A stretch of 64,000 nucleotides of DNA, taken from positions 310,001 to 374,000 of the forward strand of contig JAQGDQ010002372.1 in NCBI GenBank assembly GCA_030141605.1. Direction: 5' to 3'. Position 1 is the stretch's first letter. The number at the start of each line of letters is the position of its first letter. The translations under genes and the position numbers were made by a program. Below are positions 54,569-64,000 of the stretch, in pieces. Origin of the DNA: Tubiluchus corallicola (lineage: Eukaryota > Animalia > Priapulida). Under the pieces are notes generated by a model, which worked only from the letters and a program-made list of their open reading frames with translations, was not told the origin of the DNA and searched no databases.

Positions 54569-57500
54569 GTAAGTATGTTTGCTATTTCATTTAATATGTA
54601 ATTCCCTTCCAACAAACTCGTATCATTTCTGGGAAAAAGGTCATTTTGCAAATTAAGTCTGGGTTTGCTTATTAAAAGCAGTGATGTATTCTGTTGTTTT
54701 TGCTTAGGACACCTTTTATTTATTCCTTGTTGTACTTGTGTTTAGTGTACATACATATATAACTGTATAGTACTTAGCATGTTAAAACATGAAAAATCTA
54801 GCAGAACTGGTGCTAAAACCCACAATTACCGGAGTCTAATTCCTGCACGCACTGCGACAAAACAACTTGTGTCAAGGATGGGAGAACTACCAATTTTCGT
54901 GTGCAATCACCATATTTTACAGAAAGTATAGAGAATTTGCTGTATGTGTCGGATTTGGCAGTTGTTAGCCCAAATGGATAGCATCAGAATGATAAATTAT
55001 ATTTATATAATTACTGTTATCTGTCAGTTTGTCATTAATATTAGCACACCGTAAGAATAAACTGTGGTATAACTTTATGATATTCTTTTAATCAAAATAA
55101 TGCTTAGCTTTATTAAATCTGACTTGTAATTTTTAGTTCTCTGGGAACTTCTTCTTAGACAGATAGAATGTAAGCACTTGAGTGTGATATCAGAAAACCT
55201 ATTTATTGAAATTGTTAAAGCATAAAGATATGATTGATTAGGGGGCTACAATTGACTATTGAGCAAAGCATAAACCCCAGTACATGTACAATAAGCACTT
55301 CAAATAGCATTTACGAATTTTTTTGCAAAGGAAGCATGTTGTTACGTTTAAGGGGAAATAAATGTTGGCTGATCTCCTTCTAGCTAAATTACACCTTTTG
55401 TAAATTATAGTGAACGTTTTTCCAAGCATGTGACCTGAGGTGGTCAATGTAATTATTCTTTTTACTTAACATTGATTACAGGTTGACTTTCGTTGTAATT
55501 TTTAAGCGCCGTTTAGTTGTTCTATTGTGCCTCGATACATCCGTCCAAAGCTTCGCATACAAGCTTTTCCCAATTACAAATCACCTTTAGATGCTGTCTT
55601 TCTAGAGGAACTATATGCTATCTAATTTGATCTGCAAAAGTGTAAAAAGTGTAAGAATGGTATAATAAGAACTATTTATGTCAGTTAGGACATTTTTTGC
55701 TTTTACATGACACGTTTGTTTTCTTACCTGGTATTTCTTTGATCTGAACATGTAATTCTCAGTTGCAAATTGTTCACAGTCGTGTCGCTGAATGTCGTGT
55801 AACCTGAAGGCTGACAGGAATCTATATATTTTCTGGAAAATTGACAGTAAATTGTGTGAGAACTTGACCTATTGGTCGCTAACTGGGACGTAATCATCCT
55901 ATTGAAGCTTATTAGAGTGAACCTGAGGCTCTCTAGTGGCAGCGTGAGACTAGTTAGTTTGGCGAGAACTTGTATTTTAAACAGCACAAGCGCTTTATTG
56001 TTACATTTATATCATTTTATGGCATCCTTGAACATTTCTTGTCAAAGAGAAGGTGTAAACGCGATTAACAGGTAGTAAAAAACTCATATCGTGTAGGAGA
56101 GAAACCTGTTTAGAAGTGGTTTAGAAGGTTTTATTAATCGTAACCCATCAGCAGGCTTTTGCTATTTGGTAAATTTGATAATCTCTTAATTAGTTAGTTC
56201 ACCATGCTTGGTACTACCGATGTATTCATAGTATTTTACTCGTGGAACATAAGATGTTGAAATAATAGTACATTTCTAAACAGACGCTTCACGTTCTCAT
56301 AAAACAGCTAAACAATAAAGCACAACGACGAGGTACTCAAACAAATACTTTTTCTTTCAAGATATAAGTAAATTTCTAAGTACAACTGACACACCTGTAG
56401 TTGGGTACTGCATACATAATGAAGTTTTGGCACTAAAGTAAACTTACTTCAGTACTATTTTTTGAGACACAACCTTGAATACTTCTGTGTCTAGTAAACT
56501 GCATAATCATAATGTACCGTAGAGCATACCAAAATATTTAAAATCTAAATTTGCAAAAAACGAAAGGTATGTTATTGTTTAGCTGAAAGTGTCTTAATTT
56601 TCTTTTCTTTCACTTATTAAATTCTTTCACTGGCTTAGACTCCAGTTGTTTTGTTTGTTCTATTAAGTTTCTGTGAAATACATGTTTACAAAAAAATTCT
56701 CATATTCTTTCAACGTGGTCTCAACTACCTGTAGCTGAGTCTGATGTAGGAAATTACCAAAAAATGCTTTTAAATTTAAAAAAAGAGCTAAAACACAGTT
56801 CAAGGCTGTAAAAAGTAAAGACCACTTTGCTGGTACAAAAAATTCATTTCTGCATCTGCACAGAAAACTCTATAGACACACGAAAATGTTATCTAGTTGT
56901 GAATCTTGTAATTTCTAAAGAACACGAAAGTGACTAGAAGTTAGGAATCATGCAGAGCTGGTCCCTTAAGATGTTCATGTTGATGATGTCACGTTGGATC
57001 ATCATTATGCTTTCACGGGTGATTGTTCTCTTTTTCTGAAAAGCAATTTGGTCCACCTCTAATCTGGGTAATCTGTATTTTACGTTTCACTTCCTTCAGT
57101 CCTTATTACAGTAACTTGCTGGTCTTTCTTTTATTCAATGACCAACAGATTTTTACTTCAGTAAGTTGTATTAAGTACTGTAATTTTGTTAGCTTAACAT
57201 GGCACTTTAATATCTGCATGGTAACACTAATAAAATTCATCACTAATGTGGCACGTATTCAAAATATTCTACAACATGTAATTAAAAACAGACTCTGTAT
57301 ATTATATTAATAGTACAATCAGGTGAAGGTGAACTTCGCAAATATCTACTTGTATACTTAACTAGAGGAACAAGATGTTCGTGTTACATATTACCGACCT
57401 GTAAATACATGTGATATCGTGCAAAGCCACGAGCTTTTTGCACATAATTTGCTCCATCTTGTTACTTATTAAATTGAAGTAAAAATTGCTTACTTATTTA

Positions 57501-60500
57501 TTTTCGTAGAATTTCGGTTAAGAAGTTAGACACTAAAGCTTTGAAACTTAACTGTAAGTTTCTAATATTCTTTGATTTTTTATTCACCTGGATATTCAAT
57601 ATTTTAATTCTTATCCATTTACGCTAGTAAACTTGACCCAGAATACATGCTCTTGTTTTGCTTCGCTTGCCGATAAGTAAATTTCGGTTTTGGCAGTCAC
57701 GCATTCTTTTTCAAAATCGGATTTTGTGTGGAGGGGCGTCATTGTGATTTTCAGTGTCGTGGATTAAAATTCATTATGGAAATCGTGTTAAGACTTCTCT
57801 ATCCATTTGTTTAAATGCCAAAACACTATGCTTTTCTTGTCATGGACGACCTCTGAAAAAGCAGCATAGTGCAGGTTTAGTAATTAGTAATTGCTGTCTT
57901 AAGAGTTAGATGGTACAGGTCGTGACCATGTGTATATGGTCATACTGTAAGGTGATTACCCTCTGTAGTATTGTCTTTGACAACTTAATTGTCATGTAGA
58001 ACCGCCATCTTGTATCATCGTCTCTAGGTGAATCAGTTTGTTATACAAATCTCATTTGTAAATCAATTTTGTTGCTTAGTTGATTTGTCAATGCATTGTA
58101 TAACTAGGACGCATCGATGGTTTAAAATTCAACGCACAGCAATGGCGGAATTGGGTCTGTTTTTGTACCTTCCACAGTCTCATTTATAATTAGCGGTTCA
58201 TTAATTACACACGTTATATTGTGTGTTTTTACTCAAGCGACGCTATTTCCGGTCTAAAAGGTGACCCGATTCTAGCATATCCGGTTGATGGACGGTGCAT
58301 ATACACCGGCAAAATCCGATAAGTACAATTACCGTCACCTGTAGAAACAGCTCTTAAGATGGAAAGTACTGATTGTTTCTGCATAGGAAATGGCACTCAA
58401 TGCAGCTGCCTGGCATTTCTTGTGCATATAAGGGGCAGTATAGCGTACCCTCACTAGAAAAGTAAATGCCCATTCACAATTCTATGCCCTTCACTAAGTA
58501 ATTCATTTTTCATTTCGATACGTTGTGTGTGTTTATGTCGTTCTATATTCCTCAAATTCAGATACCTAGGACATGATAAATATTGCTAAGTTACAATATT
58601 ACTACACTCGCACGTGATTCCATATATAAGCATATTATTGTTTTTAGTATCACGATCAATGAATACTCTGAAGTTATGGCATTCAACAACTTAACCAATC
58701 TATAACATAATTACGCATTGTAATTGCAAGGATTGGTTCAGAATATCTATATCTTGTGTTCTGTATCTATTGGTGTTGGCGGCCATGACATTGTCAGTAA
58801 AGAAAGGAATGATGAGTACTGAATAATAAGATTTAGAACATGTATAGCTGTAAAAATAATTACTGTTGTAATAGTGTTATTAAAGGGTAGGTCTAGTGTG
58901 ATATGAGGGCACTTATACACTGAAAATCGCAAAAGTCTCTTTGTAAATTGCATTGAAATTGGTGAGGTATCAACATTTATATTGAAAGTATTATACTTCT
59001 GAGATGTTGCTATCGTAAATTGTGATCATAAGCAAGATGGACCAGGGCTTTTATTCAGCCTTTATTCATAGCCGTCGACTATTCCGCAAAACCAATTTTT
59101 CCTCATTTAATACATGACACTGATGAGTGTAAGTTATAGTCAGTTTCAGTTACCATACTACTTAAAATTTGCAGCTATATAATATATACATATATGTCTT
59201 TATTTGCCATAAATTAGATTACAATTATAATCTTCTTGCTATTTGGTGTTCACTAACTCACTAATTTCTAGAGAATAGTCTAAAGCCTAGGGATAAATAT
59301 ATTCTTATATAGAGTAATATGATGTGTTATTTGGAATAATCCTGAGTATTATATAGGACAGAAGTTCAACCGCTGGTGATTATGTATTTTAAAAGTCTCT
59401 TGCGTGCTGGAATCATAAATTAAATTTTTTCTCTTTAATGAAAGTGCAATTACTATTGTTGCTGTAGACACTCAAGAACATTGGAAAAGTGTTCTGAAAC
59501 TCTGTGCCTGCGCCATAAACTGTAATAAACATGTCTTCGTACTGTATTTGCGGAAGTAGACTACGCATACTATATCGTGGGGGCAAATGGACACGTTTTT
59601 TCTCGAAAATGTTTGAGCGAAAGTACGTTAAGACAGCTTCCCGCGGTTATTGGGCAGCCGGAATTACATGAACGCAAATATTAGAGGTAGAAAGTCCCGG
59701 ATTAAATGCTTTGTTCGATACACGAGAAAATAGTATATCAAGATTTGCTATCTCCGGTACGAGGATACCCTGATATCTTGGTTAATCCCATGGTTATCTT
59801 GAATAACAACAACATAATAGATTTTGAAAAGTTTAAGAATTTATCAAGGTACGGTTATTGTGTCCTCTCTGCGTGTTACTGATAGAAATCTTCGGCCGTT
59901 AAACTGTCTGGTAAATGTAGGCTGCTTCTAATCAACGTAACAGTAATTGGACCATCTTTAGCCTCGCTGTAGTTGCTAGTTTATTTGATTTCAAGATGCT
60001 TCACTTTCGTTGAATGTCACTACAATACTAAGGTAAGGTAATAAACTTATCATACTATATATAAGGCTGCATAGATAGTATGATATCAGGATATTCATAC
60101 AAATCACAAAGTAAAAAAGTATTCAGTTTAAGACAACAATTTAGAAGCTATTCAAGCTAGAATAATTTATGGTATTAGCAATGATATTATGTGAGACAAA
60201 TTAAAAATTCTACTATACCACTAATACTGTACTACGATGACGGCGACGACTATTGCTGCCGCTGCCACTTATCTACTTATCTATCGTACTTACTACAACC
60301 TATTTTATTGGAATACTTTGGGTATTATACGAATACGATCCAGTTCGATACGTGTAAATATGCTTTTGAAAATATTGAATGAAGTGTTCACCAGTTTTTT
60401 CTTCAAAGCACGTACAAAACATTTTTGTTGATATCAGACAACAGTAACTATTATTGCACTCCCACATTACCTGTAGCGACGCTGTAAAATTCATGCAGAG

Positions 60501-63500
60501 TGAAGCTCTCATCATTCTCTCCGTATTCTTTCACTTCCCTGTACAGTTTTGTCGTGCGACAAAAAGCTTGTTATGTATGCAAATTTACAGTTTAATGCCC
60601 GACTTCTTTAACAAAACACTGCCGTGTCTACAGTACTTTCTTTACCATGTCTGCGTTGTGTTATCATCAGCGCTTTACTTTGTGCTTCTTAGCTGAATAT
60701 TTTTCATCATGTGTTCTCATTGTTATAAGTACTTTCACCGTTTTCGCAATTGCTTTGTCCAATTTCAACCAATCAGTAAGTTTATAATTATAGAAAAGTC
60801 GCAAAAATAAGAGAAACGTTTCGATGAAATCATTGACAATATTTCACATTAGATTTTGAGAGCAGCATAAAGTTACAATTTCAGACTGTGTTTTTATATA
60901 AATTTTTAGCAATAATTGCTTTCTGCATGGTGTAAACAAGGTAAATGGCCTGAAGTACAAGATTAAAACTCAGATTAAAGACACAAATGTCACACCTAGT
61001 AAATTACTAGTTAGCTTCCATGGCGTCACTATAGCTATTTATTTTAGGTGCAGTAGACGGCTTTATTAGGGCATTCGTTTTAATATTTATTTAAAGGCCA
61101 TTTACATTAATGTATAATTTACATACGGATGTCCGCAGTTATCTCAAGAGTCAGAACTCAAAAGGCCAAGAATGGCATATTTTGGCGTAGCTGCTACAAA
61201 GCTGCGTGGAGTTTATCCACTTGAGAAAAATACCAATATTTGATGCTTTTTAGTTTTTTTTAGTTGGGACAAGTATACTAAAGAAGATTCAGTAAAACTG
61301 AATGTTGGTGACTAGTGAGGCCCCTGTTTTTTCCATTTGTGACTGTAACACAGCCTTCACATTTGTAAAAAGAAAAGATCACAGTCAGTGATGTGAAAGG
61401 GAATAGTGCTCAGGCCACTTCTCGGATTCTTATTATAAAGCCTGCAGCTCTGATCGTTGGTGCAAATAAACTTTCATTCCTGTACATGTACATACTTCAG
61501 TTGAGCAGGCATCTCAAGTGCCCATATTCCTTGAAAAGAAATTAGACCACTCAAATTAAATGTAATTTTCTTCTCCATGTGCAATGATGCAGGAAGGTGG
61601 TTTTACCTATGTTAAATGTCCGTTTCTCGATCTGTCCTGCTAAGCAATTCACTTGTGCACGCTCGTGGGGGTAAATTTGTGCTCGTTTGCTGTTTGCTCG
61701 CTAGCTATGTCCAAGGGCAGACGTGGAGATGTAGAAATTCCCATTCTTACTGTCACCTCCGCGGGTAGTAAAATATTTTGATTTAGAAAAATGTTGTGTA
61801 TGTTACTGTTTTGAACGGCTTATTGAAGATATTGCAAGACGTCTCTCGCTTGCTGCTTTTGAAAACGTTGGCAACTACACTGACTACAACAGTAATTACC
61901 AGAGGCAGCAAGAACGATAATTAGAACAAATCATCATAGCAGCAAAAGCAACAAAAACGACAACGAAAGGCAACAGCAGAGTCATGTAAACGTGTCACAT
62001 ATAGAAAAATATCAAATTTACCCATTTCGTCGTTATCTCGTATTAACAATCATGCGTTATCTATATTCGTGCATTCGACCACTTTCCGATTACTCTTATT
62101 TATATCACGAAACCTACTCCTACTATTACTTTTAGCACCACTACTACAGAATTTCAAGTGCCACGTTAGTATCAGAAGCAGTGGTAGAAATCCTGTGACA
62201 ACAGCAGCGTTTGCGCATAGGTCCTGTACACCGTATTACAGAAAAAATAAAAAATGTATGTCGATGGGCAATGATAATTAAATTTTTCTGGACCTATATT
62301 TATGCTTGCACTTTTCATCTATGGCCTGTTATAGCATCTGGTTGTATAATCGTAAACAATTTGTAGTAATGTTACCTCCATATGTGGACATGATTCTTAA
62401 GAAACAAATCAATCTAATCTCAAGAAATATATAACTTGACATAAAACCAAAGCTCTTATTTATTATCATAGAATTTAGAAAAATACAGGTTTTGGTCTTC
62501 ATTTATCCTTATTTCAGTTTTCATTAAAGTTGATAGTTAATTATCTTAGCTGCAATAGAGCATCGCTTAAAATTAATGCAGTTACATATTCCATTAGTTT
62601 CACTCTCTGCTGCCAGAACTTTGAAAGAGTACTACAAATTAGTCAGTCGTCTGTGTTGGATTTTTGTGAAAGGGCTTATCACTTAATAATCATTGCTTGG
62701 GTTAGACTGGTGATTAATTAAACAAAAAATACGCCAAGCATTTGTTTCATTAATTCTTTAGCTTTGCAACAGTTTTTTGTTCAAGCCTTACAAGACACAA
62801 TTCCTGACCTAATTGTGGTTCTACTGTTTTTTGCCACCGCTTTCGTACTATGTAGTGAAAGGCGGTAAAGATTCACTGGTTAAAATGTTTTTTCGAATGA
62901 CTACTTTTGAAGAACGTTAAACTAATTGCAGTGTGTCTTTTGCTTTTTGACGGTTTCCTATATTGTCGGTTAGACAGTTGCAGTCCTGAGGGCAAAGCTG
63001 TTACTGTCCCATTTTGTGACATGGAAAAGTCATTTTGACTTCTAGATGGCACCTATTGCGATAGTGATGCACATTCACTGAGTCTATTTGTTAAAAATGT
63101 GAGTGAAATTACAACACACGTGTAACCTAGTTTAAACGCGGTTAAAAGAAATAAAATCAACATTTAAGAGTCAATTTTGCGTGATTATCTACGAAAATAT
63201 GAAAGTTTACACGCATAATTTGAAAACATTATTTTGTACACCGGGCGTCTAGATTCCCGGGGTGGGGGGGGGGGGGGGGTGAAAGACGAAAAGTAGACAA
63301 AGAAAGAGGGAAAAGGGAATGTTACATGAATGAAAAAGCGAGCAAATAAAGAGTGACCAAATATACAAATGAAAGAAAGAATAAATAAATAAATGTATGA
63401 AAGAAAAATGAATGGACGGGTTGATATTTAGATAGACTTATAAGAGAACGAAGAAACTCGCGAAGAGCGTGACCAGAACTTTCTATGTCAACCGAACAAA

Positions 63501-64000
63501 CCATTAAGTAGTGGGTTACATTTAAACCGGTTACCAAAACTCATGTTGATAATTTCAAAAACTTCTAGGTGACAGCATCTTACACGTGCTATTCGCACTG
63601 TGTCACTGACTACATTATGTGTACATTGGCTAATGAATACCTGCCCGCCCGTAAGAATACAGGGCCAATAACCGTGATGATAATTTATGCGCATATTTGC
63701 ACACACATTGTCGTCCGATTTAGACACCAACTTTATTTATTTAGTTTTGCCATAACGAAAATGGCTATATTCAAAATTTAGTAAATGAACCAATAATTCG
63801 TAATCTTGCAATTAAAATTATGCATAATTTGTTGTACTACAAAATTTTATAATATTCTTTTATAAGTTCTTTGTAATATTTTGAAAGCTTTGAGGCACGA
63901 GTAGTTGTAAATGGTGTACAGTAATGAACTTGTTGTTAAGAAATGTTGTTGTAAAAAAGACTTGTAAACAACAAACAGAAACAACCTCAAGTGATGGCAT

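Noticed and set aside
63259-63279. Poly-G run as a functional G-quadruplex
   Set aside because: A simple homopolymer with no supporting context.

Overview
AT-rich, intron-rich animal DNA, probably from an invertebrate, with GT-AG introns. Four protein-coding genes were reconstructed by hand from splice sites and exon phases. (1) The 5' part of a class B GPCR of the CRH/DH44-receptor type, minus strand, running off the left edge. (2) An apparently complete 9-exon, ~2063-aa gene, minus strand 13558-26072, with RNase L architecture: about 6 ankyrin repeats, a ~1400-aa spacer encoded by one 4.2-kb exon, an RNase L/IRE1-type pseudokinase and a KEN domain. (3) A 15-exon EFHC1/Rib72 ciliary gene, minus strand 28637-39598. 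(4) The 5' part of PHLPP (RA, PH and first LRR exons), plus strand from 39993, head-to-head with EFHC1. Repeats include an internally deleted Academ-like transposon, a decayed LINE, hAT remnants, MITE/Helentron-type elements, microsatellites and a perfect 136-bp inverted repeat. The RNase L-like gene is the main find: the kinase catalytic Asp and the KEN catalytic His are both substituted, and the spacer carries PPPG-hydrophobic motifs. All family assignments come from recalled motifs; no database search was run.
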